Shown one piece after another: positions 9,684 through 19,684 of a stretch of DNA of 64,000 nucleotides; position 1 is the first letter of the stretch, and every line of letters starts with the position of its first letter. Position numbers and translations under genes: made by a program. Source of the stretch: Rhodobacterales bacterium (GTDB lineage: Bacteria; Pseudomonadota; Alphaproteobacteria; Rhodobacterales; Rhodobacteraceae); the NCBI GenBank assembly GCA_025362795.1, contig JANYFE010000036.1, positions 56 through 64,055 on the forward strand, given 5' to 3'. The notes under the pieces were generated by a model. The model saw nothing but the letters and a program-made list of their open reading frames with translations. It searched no databases and was not told the origin of the DNA.

Positions 9684-11053
9684 TGGATGGCACTGTACTG
9701 GTCGCAGATGACGACCGCACGATTCGCACAGTGCTGACCCAGGCCCTGACGCGCGCAGGCTGCAAGGTCCACGCCACCTCCAGCCTGATGACGCTCATGC
9801 GTTGGGTCGAGGAAGGCAAAGGCGATCTTGTGATTTCCGATGTGATCATGCCCGATGGCAATGGCCTTGAAGCCTTGCCGCGGATCAGTCGCATCCGCCC
9901 CGGTCTGCCGGTGATCGTGATTTCGGCGCAGAACACCATCATGACCGCGATACAAGCCGCCGAGGCAGAGGCGTTCGATTACCTGCCCAAGCCGTTCGAT
10001 CTGCCGGACCTGATGAAACGCTCGGCCCGCGCCTTGGACCAGAAACGCCGCGTCGCCGCCGCCGTTGTGGCCCAGGTCCGCGAACCCGGCGACGATCTGC
10101 CGCTGGTCGGCCGTACCGCTGCGATGCAGGCTTTGTACCGCCTTGTCGCCAAAGTGATGAACACCGACCTTCCCGTGCTGATCACCGGCGAATCGGGCAC
10201 CGGCAAATCCCTGATCGCCCGCGCCATCCACGACTTTTCCGACCGCCGCTCGCAACCTTTCGTCCTCGCCAAGGCCACCGATCTGGCGGGCGTCGATGGC
10301 ATTGCCGGCATTTTGACCAAGGCCCGTGGCGGATCGTTGCTGATCGACGAGGTGGCCGATTTTGACGATGACGGTCAGGCCCGCCTTGTCCGATTGCTGG
10401 ATGTGGCCGACGACCACGCCCCGCGCATCCTTGCCACGTCGCAGGCCGATCTGGCCCAGCGCGTCGAAGAGGGCCGTCTGCGCAAAGACCTGTTCTACCG
10501 GCTGGGCGGCGTGACCATCACCGTGCCGTCCTTGCGCGAACGGGTCGAAGATATCGGCTTGCTCGCCGACCACTTTCTGGCGCGTGGCGAGCGTGAAATC
10601 GGCACCGCCCGCCGCCTGACCCCCGAGGCGCGCAATGTTTTGCGCGTCTACCCGTGGCCCGGCAACGTCCGGCAACTGGAAAACGTCCTGAAACGCCTGC
10701 TCGTCACCTCGTCCGAACCCGACATCCCGCCGAATGAGCTGGAATCCGCGATTGGTGGCGTGCAAGCCATTGAACCCGCCCGCGCCGGCATGGTCGAGAA
10801 TGAAAAGCTGTCGGCATCAGTCGCCCGTCACCTCAAACGCTATTTCGACCTGCACAACGGCCAATTGCCCCCCGCAGGCGTCTACGACCGTATTTTGCGA
10901 GAGATTGAGCTGCCGCTGATCGAAATAGCGCTGGATGCGACGGCCGGAAATCAGGCCCGCTGCGCCGACCTTCTCGGGATCAATCGCAATACTTTGCGCA
11001 AGAAGATCACCGAACTCGATATCCGCGTGACACGCCGCCGCAAGCTGATGTAA
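9680..11053 (+). CDS. ntrC: Nitrogen response regulator NtrC (Rhodobacter type, no GAFTGA)
   Basis: Receiver domain, GESGTGKS Walker A, LLIDE Walker B, WPGNVRQL, Fis-type [23 protein letters not shown]. Confidence 0.96.
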   Translation: MMDGTVLVADDDRTIRTVLTQALTRAGCKVHATSSLMTLMRWVEEGKGDLVISDVIMPDGNGLEALPRISRIRPGLPVIVISAQNTIMTAIQAAEAEAFDYLPKPFDLPDLMKRSARALDQKRRVAAAVVAQVREPGDDLPLVGRTAAMQALYRLVAKVMNTDLPVLITGESGTGKSLIARAIHDFSDRRSQPFVLAKATDLAGVDGIAGILTKARGGSLLIDEVADFDDDGQARLVRLLDVADDHAPRILATSQADLAQRVEEGRLRKDLFYRLGGVTITVPSLRERVEDIGLLADHFLARGEREIGTARRLTPEARNVLRVYPWPGNVRQLENVLKRLLVTSSEPDIPPNELESAIGGVQAIEPARAGMVENEKLSASVARHLKRYFDLHNGQLPPAGVYDRILREIELPLIEIALDATAGNQARCADLLGINRNTLRKKITELDIRVTRRRKLM

Positions 11054-11104
11054 AACCGCAACAACAAGCGTGTCACAGGTGCTGCGTTACCTGAAAGACA
11101 CCAG

Positions 11105-13420
11105 ATGTGGCGGGCGGGACACTTGGTCTGGCCCTTTTGGCAGGGTCAAGATCGCGTGCAAAGAGCGGCAAATGGCAATCCCTGGCTTATCCGCCTGACC
11201 CGGCTGCGTCGTCAGCGCCGCGTGCAGACCGGCATGACCTTCGGGCTGGTCTTTCTGGGCCCCTTGCTCACCGTGGCGACCTTCCTTGCGCTTGGCCCGC
11301 TTAATCAAGGAGCCTCCTCGCCCGAGTTGCGGCTGATCATGCTGGCGGATCTGGTCTATGTGCTGGTGCTCGCCACGCTGGTCCTGCGCCGCATCGTGCA
11401 GATGGTGGCCGACCGCAGGCGCCAGTCCGCAGGGTCGCGCCTGCATCTGCGGCTGACCAGCATCTTCGCCATCGTCGCGCTGATTCCCACCGTGCTGGTC
11501 GCAATCTTTGGTGTGCTGACGGTCAACATCGGACTGGAGGGCTGGTTTTCCGACCGGGTCCGCTCGGTGATCGGCGCGTCGCTGGAAGCCGCCCAGGCCT
11601 ACGAAACCGAACAAAGCGCCACGCTGACCGACGACGCCCAGGCCTTGGCGGTGTTTCTGGATGATGCCAAGGCAAAAAGCTTCGGAATGGATGACGGCTC
11701 GGTGCGGCCGCTGCTGGCACAGGGGCAGGCAGCCATTCAGCGCGGGCTGAAAGAGGTCTATCTGATCAATGCGGTTGGAACGCTGAAAACGCGGGGCGAG
11801 AAAAGCTATCTCTTCAACTTTGAACCGCCAACCGCAGATCAGATCGCCCGTGCCCAAGGCGGCGAGACGGTTCTGATCCAGGATTGGCCCAACAACGAAT
11901 TTCGCGCACTGGTCAACCTGTCGGACTTTCCCGACCGACTTTTGTATGTCTCGCGCACGGTCGACGGCAAAATTCTTGGGCTGCTGGACGAAACCCAGCA
12001 GACTGCCGCCCTGTATCAGCAGCTGGAAAATGACCGCGGCAAGGTTCTGTTCAACTTCGGCCTGCTCTACCTCGGCTTCGCCGTCATCCTCATCGTCGCT
12101 GCCGTCTGGGGTGGTCTGTGGTTCGCCGAACGGCTCGCCCGCCCGGTCGGCCGTCTTGCTGGGGCCGCGCAACGTGTCGGGGATGGCGATCTGGACGTGC
12201 AGGTCGTGGAAGAGGATGGTGACGACGAAATTGCCATGTTGGGCCGGCTGTTCAACCAGATGACCCGCCAGTTGAAAGGCCAGCGGCAGGCCCTGATGGA
12301 AAGCCACGAGCAGACCGAAGGCCGCCGCCGCCTGTTTGACTCGGTGTTGTCCAACGTTACCGCCGGGGTGATCGGGCTGGATGCCGAGGGTCGCGTCGAC
12401 TTTGTGAACCGCGCCGCGATGCGCCTGCTTGATTTGGCGAGCGAGGCCGCCACCAATGCGGCACTGATCCAGACAGTTCCAGAATTCGATAGCCTTTTCA
12501 AACGCCTGCAAGCCGACACTGGCTCCGCCGTGCAAGACGAAGTTCGCCTGACCCGCCGTGGCAAGCTGGAAAGCCTGCTGGTGCGGATGTCAGAGCGGCG
12601 CTCTGACGCCGGGGTCGAAGGTTTCGTGGTAGCCTTTGACGATGTGACCGACCTCGTCTCCGCCCAGCGGATGGCAGCCTGGGGTGACGTCGCCCGCCGC
12701 ATCGCGCATGAAATCAAGAACCCTCTGACGCCGATCCAACTCAGCGCCGAACGGATCAAGCGCAAATACCGGGGCCAGGTCAGCGATCCTGAGGAGTTGG
12801 AGGCCTATACCGATGTCATCGTGCGCCAGACCAACGACCTGCGCCGCATCGTCGACGAGTTTTCCAAATTCGCCCGCATGCCCGAACCGGAACGCCGCGA
12901 AACCGATCTGACCGCCCTTGTGAAAGCCGCCGTGATGCTGCAGGAAAATGGTCAGCCGGGGGTTAAATTTGCGCGTGTGCTGCCCGCCAAGCCCGATCTC
13001 ATTGAAATTGACGCGACCATGATTGGCCAGGCCCTGACAAATTTGATTAAGAACGCTGGAGAAGCCATTGACGAGGTTCGAGAAAAGAAAATGCCGGTTC
13101 GTTACGTGCCTGAAATCCGCGTCAGCCTTGTGACGGGCGAAACCTATTCCACCATCACCATCGCTGACAATGGGACCGGCCTTCCACCCGACCGTTCGCG
13201 CCTGTTCGAACCCTATGTCACGACTCGCGAAAAGGGCACCGGGCTGGGTCTGCCCATCGTCAAGAAGATCATCGAAGAACACGGCGGCACGTTGATTTTG
13301 ACCGATGCGCCGATATTTGAAGGCAACGATCACGCGGGTGCGATGGCGGAAATCCGTTTGCCACGCGCCACACGCGCCAGACCAATGGTCTTGCGCCCAC
13401 AAAGTCAGGGGGGAACATGA
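11105..13420 (+). CDS. ntrY: Sensor histidine kinase NtrY
   Basis: N-terminal TM helices, [25 protein letters not shown]. Exact start uncertain. Confidence 0.95.
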   Translation: MWRAGHLVWPFWQGQDRVQRAANGNPWLIRLTRLRRQRRVQTGMTFGLVFLGPLLTVATFLALGPLNQGASSPELRLIMLADLVYVLVLATLVLRRIVQMVADRRRQSAGSRLHLRLTSIFAIVALIPTVLVAIFGVLTVNIGLEGWFSDRVRSVIGASLEAAQAYETEQSATLTDDAQALAVFLDDAKAKSFGMDDGSVRPLLAQGQAAIQRGLKEVYLINAVGTLKTRGEKSYLFNFEPPTADQIARAQGGETVLIQDWPNNEFRALVNLSDFPDRLLYVSRTVDGKILGLLDETQQTAALYQQLENDRGKVLFNFGLLYLGFAVILIVAAVWGGLWFAERLARPVGRLAGAAQRVGDGDLDVQVVEEDGDDEIAMLGRLFNQMTRQLKGQRQALMESHEQTEGRRRLFDSVLSNVTAGVIGLDAEGRVDFVNRAAMRLLDLASEAATNAALIQTVPEFDSLFKRLQADTGSAVQDEVRLTRRGKLESLLVRMSERRSDAGVEGFVVAFDDVTDLVSAQRMAAWGDVARRIAHEIKNPLTPIQLSAERIKRKYRGQVSDPEELEAYTDVIVRQTNDLRRIVDEFSKFARMPEPERRETDLTALVKAAVMLQENGQPGVKFARVLPAKPDLIEIDATMIGQALTNLIKNAGEAIDEVREKKMPVRYVPEIRVSLVTGETYSTITIADNGTGLPPDRSRLFEPYVTTREKGTGLGLPIVKKIIEEHGGTLILTDAPIFEGNDHAGAMAEIRLPRATRARPMVLRPQSQGGT

Positions 13421-14814
13421 GCAGCATTCTGATTGTAGACGACGAGAAAGATATCCGCGAACTGATCGGCGATATTCTCAAGGACGAGGGCTATGCCGTT
13501 CGCCTTGCAGGTAATTCCGACGATTGCATGACAGAGATCAACGCCGAACTTCCCAGCCTGATGATCCTCGACATCTGGCTGAAAGACAGCCGGATGGACG
13601 GCATCGACATCTTGAAAACCGTGAAACGCGACAACCCTGATGTGCCTGTGGTGATCATATCAGGCCACGGCAATATCGAAATCGCCGTCGCCGCCATCAA
13701 GCAAGGCGCTTACGATTTCATCGAAAAACCGTTCAACATCGATCAGTTGATGGTCGTGGTCGCCCGCGCGATGGAAACCTCTCGGCTGCGGCGCGAAAAT
13801 GCCGAACTGCGGCGGCGCGACGTCACCGGGTCCGACATGCTTGGGTCAAGTCCGTCGTTCAAGGGTCTGAAATCGCAGCTGGAAAAGGTCACTAAGTCGA
13901 ACGGCCGCGTCATGCTGACCGGCCCTGCCGGGTCGGGAAAAGAGCTTGCCGCGCGCTACATCCACACCAATTCCAACCGCGCCACCGCACCTTTCGTCTC
14001 TGTCTCTTCGGCCACAATCGAACCTGAGCGCATGGAAGAAGTGCTGTTTGGCCGCGAAACGGCCGAACGTGGCGTTGAAAAGGGCCTGTTGGAACAGGCC
14101 CACGGCGGCGTCGTCTATTTCGACGAAGTCGCCGATATGCCCTTGGGAACCCAATCGAAAATCCTGCGCGTCTTGACCGAACAGCAGTTCACCCGCGTGG
14201 GTGGTGCCGACAAGGTCCGCGTCGATCTTCGTGTCGTCTCCTCGACCTCGCGCGAATTGCGCACCGAAATTGCCCAAGGCCGCTTTCGCCAGGAGCTTTA
14301 CGACCGCCTGAATGTCGTGCCAATCCCGGTGCCCTCGCTGGAAGATCGGCGCGAGGATATCCCCGAACTGACCCGCCATTTCGTCGACATGTTCCACCGA
14401 TCGCAGGGGCTGCCCCTGCGCGAACTGACGCCGGAAGCCGAGGCGATGCTGCAAACCATGCAATGGCCGGGCAACGTCCGCCAGCTGCGCAACGTCATCG
14501 AACGCGTGTTGATCCTCGGTGATGGGTCCGGCCCGATCGAGGCGCACGAATTGCCCGGGCAGGAAGGCCCCACCGATTCCTCTGGCCGCATGGTGCTGGG
14601 CGGGGCAATGGCCACGCTCCCGTTGCGCGAGGCGCGCGAGGTGTTTGAACGCGAATACCTGCTGACCCAGATCAACCGGTTCGGCGGCAACATCAGCCGC
14701 ACCGCCGGTTTTGTCGGAATGGAGCGTTCAGCCTTGCACCGCAAGCTCAAATCGCTTGGCGTGGTGTCTGCCTCCAAAAGCGGGGCAGGGCATGGTGATG
14801 ACGAGGATGAGTAG
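13417..14814 (+). CDS. ntrX: Response regulator NtrX
   Basis: Receiver + AAA+ (GPAGSGKE) + HTH (GGNISRTAGFVGMERSALHRKL); follows ntrY. Confidence 0.96.
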   Translation: MSSILIVDDEKDIRELIGDILKDEGYAVRLAGNSDDCMTEINAELPSLMILDIWLKDSRMDGIDILKTVKRDNPDVPVVIISGHGNIEIAVAAIKQGAYDFIEKPFNIDQLMVVVARAMETSRLRRENAELRRRDVTGSDMLGSSPSFKGLKSQLEKVTKSNGRVMLTGPAGSGKELAARYIHTNSNRATAPFVSVSSATIEPERMEEVLFGRETAERGVEKGLLEQAHGGVVYFDEVADMPLGTQSKILRVLTEQQFTRVGGADKVRVDLRVVSSTSRELRTEIAQGRFRQELYDRLNVVPIPVPSLEDRREDIPELTRHFVDMFHRSQGLPLRELTPEAEAMLQTMQWPGNVRQLRNVIERVLILGDGSGPIEAHELPGQEGPTDSSGRMVLGGAMATLPLREAREVFEREYLLTQINRFGGNISRTAGFVGMERSALHRKLKSLGVVSASKSGAGHGDDEDE

Positions 14815-14991
14815 GTCCGGGGCCGGAACGTGACGCTAGGGCAACTGCATGGTGATCCGCATGCGCTCGGGCTGATTTAGGGTCTGGAAACTCCTTTCGA
14901 CCCAATCCATACTCTGCGCTCGTGGCCACCGGGGTAACAGCCGAGGGACAGGGCCAAAATGCAAGAACAACGACAAAAAAAGGCTATCAAA

Positions 14992-15225
14992 ATGGCTGCC
15001 GACAAACAAAATTTGCAAGATGCCTTCCTGAATCATGTGCGCAAGGCCAAGGTTCCGGTGACGATTTTCCTGATCAATGGTGTGAAACTGCAAGGTGTGA
15101 TCACCTGGTTTGACAATTTTTGTGTGCTGCTGCGCCGGGATGGACAATCGCAACTGGTCTACAAGCACGCGATTTCCACCATCATGCCGGGCGGGCCGAT
15201 CAACCTTTATGAAGGTGAAGAGTAA
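14992..15225 (+). CDS. hfq: RNA chaperone Hfq
   Basis: [18 protein letters not shown]...[13 protein letters not shown]. Confidence 0.98.
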   Translation: MAADKQNLQDAFLNHVRKAKVPVTIFLINGVKLQGVITWFDNFCVLLRRDGQSQLVYKHAISTIMPGGPINLYEGEE

Positions 15226-15290
15226 TCTCTGATCTGCCGGAAGACGATGACGATGATGAACCGTCGCTGCCACGCAGCGGGCGTGCGCCC

Positions 15291-16562
15291 TTGGAAACAG
15301 CGGCGGCACTGACCCGTGCCTATGTGCTGCATCCCGATCTGAAAACCACCAAGAAACGCCGGATGGCCGAACATGGCCTGGCCGAAGCGGTCGGCCTTGC
15401 TGCCGCCTTGCCGGGGCTGGAGGTGTTGGGGGCAGAGGTGGTGCGTCTGGCCAAGATTCAGCCCGGCACCCTGTTCGGCTCTGGCAAGGTCGAGGAATTG
15501 AAAAGCCGTTTCAAGGACTTGAAGATCGAACTTGTGCTGGTCGATGGCATCGTCGGCCCGGTCCAGCAACGCAATCTGGAAAAGGAATGGGGCGTCAAAC
15601 TGCTGGACCGCACCGGCCTGATCCTAGAGATTTTCGCCGATCGCGCCCGCACCCGTGAAGGCGTGTTACAGGTCGAACTCGCTGCGCTGTCCTATCAGCG
15701 CACTCGCCTTGTCCGGGCCTGGACCCACCTCGAACGCCAACGCGGCGGTTTCGGCTTTGTCGGTGGCCCCGGTGAAACACAGGTCGAAACCGACCGCCGT
15801 GCCATCGACGATCATGTGATCCGTCTGAAACGCCAACTAGAAGCGGTCGGCAAAACCCGCGAACTGCACCGCGCCTCGCGCCGCAAGGTGCCGTTTCCGC
15901 TGGTGGCGCTTGTCGGCTACACCAATGCCGGGAAATCGACGCTGTTCAACAAGATGACCGGGGCGGACGTGCTGGCCAAGGACATGCTGTTCGCCACGCT
16001 GGATCCCACGATGCGCGGCGTCGAATTGCCCTCTGGCCGCAAGATCGTCGCCTCTGACACCGTGGGCTTCATTTCCGACCTACCGACCCAACTGGTCGCC
16101 GCCTTCCGCGCCACGCTGGAAGAGGTGCTGGAAGCCGACCTGATCCTGCATGTCCGCGACATTGCCCATCCCGAATCTGCCGAACAGGCCGCCGATGTGG
16201 CCGATATCCTCGGCGCCCTTGGCGTAGGGCCTGACGTGCCGCTGTTCGAGGTCTGGAACAAGCTGGACCTGGTTGACCCCAGCGCCCGTGACTCTTTGAC
16301 CACGCAGGCGCAGACCCGTCCCGGTGTATTCCCGCTATCCGCCCTGACCGGCGAGGGTCTGGACCGGCTGACCGACGCCATCTCGCAAGTGTTCGAACTG
16401 GCGAAATCGCGGGTGACCCTGACTGTGACGTTCGCGCAAGGTCGCCAACACGCCTGGTTGCATGCCGAAGGTGTGGTCGAAAGCGAGACGCAAACCGAAG
16501 ACGGCTGGCACGTCGCAGTGGAATGGACCGAACGGCAGGCTCAACGGTTCGGCGCTCTCTGA
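15291..16562 (+). CDS. hflX: Ribosome-splitting GTPase HflX (true start may lie upstream)
   Basis: GYTNAGKSTL, FATLDPT, DTVGF, NKLD motifs; frame is open back to 15219. Confidence 0.96.
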   Translation: METAAALTRAYVLHPDLKTTKKRRMAEHGLAEAVGLAAALPGLEVLGAEVVRLAKIQPGTLFGSGKVEELKSRFKDLKIELVLVDGIVGPVQQRNLEKEWGVKLLDRTGLILEIFADRARTREGVLQVELAALSYQRTRLVRAWTHLERQRGGFGFVGGPGETQVETDRRAIDDHVIRLKRQLEAVGKTRELHRASRRKVPFPLVALVGYTNAGKSTLFNKMTGADVLAKDMLFATLDPTMRGVELPSGRKIVASDTVGFISDLPTQLVAAFRATLEEVLEADLILHVRDIAHPESAEQAADVADILGALGVGPDVPLFEVWNKLDLVDPSARDSLTTQAQTRPGVFPLSALTGEGLDRLTDAISQVFELAKSRVTLTVTFAQGRQHAWLHAEGVVESETQTEDGWHVAVEWTERQAQRFGAL

Positions 16563-16602
16563 TCAACCGCCAGCCATGCGGAGTTTAGGAAAACCCCGGA
16601 TC

Positions 16603-16619
16603 AAAGCCTTCAAAGGCTT
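16603..16619. terminator. Short hairpin between convergent hflX and GNAT genes
   Basis: AAGCCTT-CAA-AGGCTT inverted repeat; no long T tract. Confidence 0.35.
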
Positions 16620-16647
16620 CGTTCTGCCTGCTACAAAGAAATCGGCC

Positions 16648-17139
16648 TCAGGGCCGTTCCAGCCGGTAATAGTCGCTGTCCGACCACTCGCCCGCCACGC
16701 AGAACGTTTTCGCCGCATGCCCGGATTTCACAAACCTCAACCGCTCTAGCAACCGCGCAGAAGCCGTGTTGCGCGGGTCTATATCGGCCATCAGATGATC
16801 TACCGGATGGTGGGCGAAGGCAAAGTCGATCACCGCCCGCATCGCCTCAGAGGCAAAGCCCTGGCCCCAGTAGTCCCGGTGCAGGATATACCCGACCTCC
16901 GGCAGCACGCCACCGCCGACCTTGCCGATGACACGGCCCTGATATTCCACCAGAAACTCCACCGACCCCGCCGGGTCAATCGCCATCAGTCGGTCCATCC
17001 ATTCGACCGTCGTGGCCATGTCGGGATGCGGTGGCGTCGACCAATAGCGCATCACCTCGCCATCACGCATGATCTCGTGCAGCGCATCCAGATCCCGAGG
17101 CTCGGCCCTTCGCAACAACAGCCGCTCGGTGCGGATCAT
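16648..17139 (-). CDS. GNAT N-acetyltransferase, RimJ/RimL type
   Basis: IRTERLLLR, EVGYILHRDYWGQGFASEA, N.ASARLLERL. Confidence 0.93.
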   Translation of the reverse strand: MIRTERLLLRRAEPRDLDALHEIMRDGEVMRYWSTPPHPDMATTVEWMDRLMAIDPAGSVEFLVEYQGRVIGKVGGGVLPEVGYILHRDYWGQGFASEAMRAVIDFAFAHHPVDHLMADIDPRNTASARLLERLRFVKSGHAAKTFCVAGEWSDSDYYRLERP

Positions 17140-19604
17140 TTCGCAGGTTCCAGATGGGTGATCCCCACCGCCGCCGCCCGCGCAAGGTCCGGGTCAAGCG
17201 ACATCGGGATATACTCACCCCGCCGCCACAACTCTGACAGATCGTCATAGAACCGCGACAACGGATGGCCCGACTGCCCGGTTGCCGAAATGAAAACAGA
17301 AGAATCCGGGTCGGCAAAGTCATATACCCCGCGATAGCCGCCGCCATGCACGTTCAGATAGGGGTTGTCGCCGGTGCCCGATGTGCGCCCCCGCATCAGC
17401 GTATTGTCACCGCCCGATGTGCTTTGCCGGATGTTCACGAAATACTTGATGAACGGCACCTTGCCCAACACCGGATGATCATGCGCCGCCTCATGCGCAT
17501 CGCCCCAGCGCCAGCTTTCGATGTTCGGCCCGTATTTCTCCGACAGCGACAGCAGCGCGTCATCCAGAGCAATCCGCGCAATCTCACCACAGCTTTCCAC
17601 CGCCGCCGACTGGATCACGTCGCACCACACCGAGGCGCCATCGGTATTGCGATACACCCGCTCGATGAAATCCGCATTCGGATGGGTGATCGCGTCGGCC
17701 AATGGCCCAATCTCATCCCGCGTCAGACGGTCCTGCAACGCCCGCAGCCACGCCTCGGCAATCAACGGCTCCGGCAGATGTTCGTTTTCCTCGCCATTCC
17801 ATTTGGCCAGCAGCGCCAGCGCCTTTTGCCGCAGGCGTTCCGCTGTGCCCTCTGCGGCAGGTTCGCCGGTAAACCACAGATCCGCGCCAATCAACGGCAG
17901 CAGATTGCGCACCGTCGGGCTGACGGTGTCCAGTTGTGCCTCGATGAAACTGTCGCGGGTATGGACTTCGCGGGTTTTCATCAAGGTCAGCCAGCGTTGG
18001 ATGCGCTGCGTATCGCCCCAGTCAAAACTGACATGTTCAGGGAACGGGCGGTCCACGGTCTTGTTGTTGGTATTGCCCAATATGCCTGAGCTTGGGTTTT
18101 TGATCAGCGGGTTGTCCGCATATGGCAGCATCCCCAGCCAGCGGTTCTTGCCCTGCCACCCCGGCGCCGGCATCCGGCCTTGTGTCGCATGCGACGGGTC
18201 GCGCGACGGCATCCGACCAATCACCTGCAAGGCGATATTGCCCTCGTCCACCACCATCAGGTTTTGCGAAGGGGCGACAAAGGTTTCGCCGGCCTTGATC
18301 GCCTCCTCCACCGAATGCGCCCGCATCAGGGCCATCGCGCTTGACATAGAGGTGTCCGCCCCCTCCAGCGCCGTCCATTCCAGCGCCGCCACATCGCCCT
18401 GCGGCGTTATCGTGCCTAGATCATAATGCGACCCCGGCAGGATCGGTCCGGACTCGCTCCACCTTTGCGTGATCGTGACCGGAGCCTCGCCCTTCACATT
18501 GATGATCGTCCGCCGCGTGATGAAATCCTTCGGCCCCTCGGGCGTCATGTATTGTTCGGGGTTCTGCGGGTTGATCTTCTCGATCACCACATCCTGATCG
18601 TCCATATAACTCGAGGTCAGCCCCCAACCCAACTTCTCTGACCGCCCCAACAACACCAGTGGCATCCCCGGTATCGTCGCACCAATCACATCGCCAGATG
18701 CCAGATGCAGCCGCGCCAGATACCACAATGCCGGCGCGGTAAAGTCCAGATGCGGGTCGTTGGCCAACAACGCCCCTCCCGCCGCCGACCGTTTCGGCAT
18801 TGCGGCCCAGGCATTGGACGCCCCCGCGAAATCCGTCGAATGAAACGGCGACAACGGTTGATCCAGTTCCGCCATCCGCAGCGGAGCCTGCCCCGGTTGC
18901 GCCCCCGGCATCAGGTCCGAATATTGGGGCAGGGCGGCAACAGCCTGCCCAGGATCGTCAGGCAGAATGTCCTTCAACCGGGCCGGCGACAGCACCATCG
19001 ACATTTCGGCCCGCATCACTTCGCTTTCCAGATGCGACGACAGTTGCACCGCCATCAGCTTGATGATCGCAATACTGTCAGCGGGTGCCCAGGCGTCAAT
19101 CTGCGCCGAAAACAGAAAATACTCCGGCGCACCGCGCCCCAGCGCGTTCTTGTTGACCTGTCCGATCCAGGCATTGACCCCTGCCGCATAAGCCGTCAGC
19201 GCCCGCTTGGTCTGCGCGTCCTGCGCATCGACAGAGGACAGCGCCAGCGTGTACAGATCCAGCCGCCGCATCAACTCGTCGATCTTCAGTGTGCGCGGCC
19301 CAAAGATTTCCGACAGTTTGCCCTGCACCGTGCGCCGCAGCATCGTCATCTGCCACAACCGGTCCTGCGCATGGGCAAACCCCAGCGCAAAGAACGCATC
19401 TTCATCGGTTTTGCCAAAGATATGCGGCACGTCATTGTTGTTGCGCACGATCTCGACCGGGGCGCTGATGCCGTCCAGCGTGTAGGTCGCGTTGTAATCG
19501 GGCAGCGAGCGCGACAGGAAATAATAGAATATTCCGACCGCCAGCAGGCTCAACACGATCAGTCCGACGAAAAGTCGCAGAAGCCAGCGGAAGGCGGTCA
19601 ACAT
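17136..19604 (-). CDS. Penicillin/AHL acylase family Ntn-hydrolase, membrane anchored
   Basis: GFAHAQDRLWQM, ASNAW cleavage/nucleophile site, LANDPHL, TGQSGHPLS. Confidence 0.94.
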   Translation of the reverse strand: MLTAFRWLLRLFVGLIVLSLLAVGIFYYFLSRSLPDYNATYTLDGISAPVEIVRNNNDVPHIFGKTDEDAFFALGFAHAQDRLWQMTMLRRTVQGKLSEIFGPRTLKIDELMRRLDLYTLALSSVDAQDAQTKRALTAYAAGVNAWIGQVNKNALGRGAPEYFLFSAQIDAWAPADSIAIIKLMAVQLSSHLESEVMRAEMSMVLSPARLKDILPDDPGQAVAALPQYSDLMPGAQPGQAPLRMAELDQPLSPFHSTDFAGASNAWAAMPKRSAAGGALLANDPHLDFTAPALWYLARLHLASGDVIGATIPGMPLVLLGRSEKLGWGLTSSYMDDQDVVIEKINPQNPEQYMTPEGPKDFITRRTIINVKGEAPVTITQRWSESGPILPGSHYDLGTITPQGDVAALEWTALEGADTSMSSAMALMRAHSVEEAIKAGETFVAPSQNLMVVDEGNIALQVIGRMPSRDPSHATQGRMPAPGWQGKNRWLGMLPYADNPLIKNPSSGILGNTNNKTVDRPFPEHVSFDWGDTQRIQRWLTLMKTREVHTRDSFIEAQLDTVSPTVRNLLPLIGADLWFTGEPAAEGTAERLRQKALALLAKWNGEENEHLPEPLIAEAWLRALQDRLTRDEIGPLADAITHPNADFIERVYRNTDGASVWCDVIQSAAVESCGEIARIALDDALLSLSEKYGPNIESWRWGDAHEAAHDHPVLGKVPFIKYFVNIRQSTSGGDNTLMRGRTSGTGDNPYLNVHGGGYRGVYDFADPDSSVFISATGQSGHPLSRFYDDLSELWRRGEYIPMSLDPDLARAAAVGITHLEPAK

Positions 19605-19684
19605 ATGGGGGCCAGTTCTTGACGACGCGACAGATTGCCCCTCCTAGTCCATCCACGGAATAGGGGCAATGCAAGGGGCGGCAA

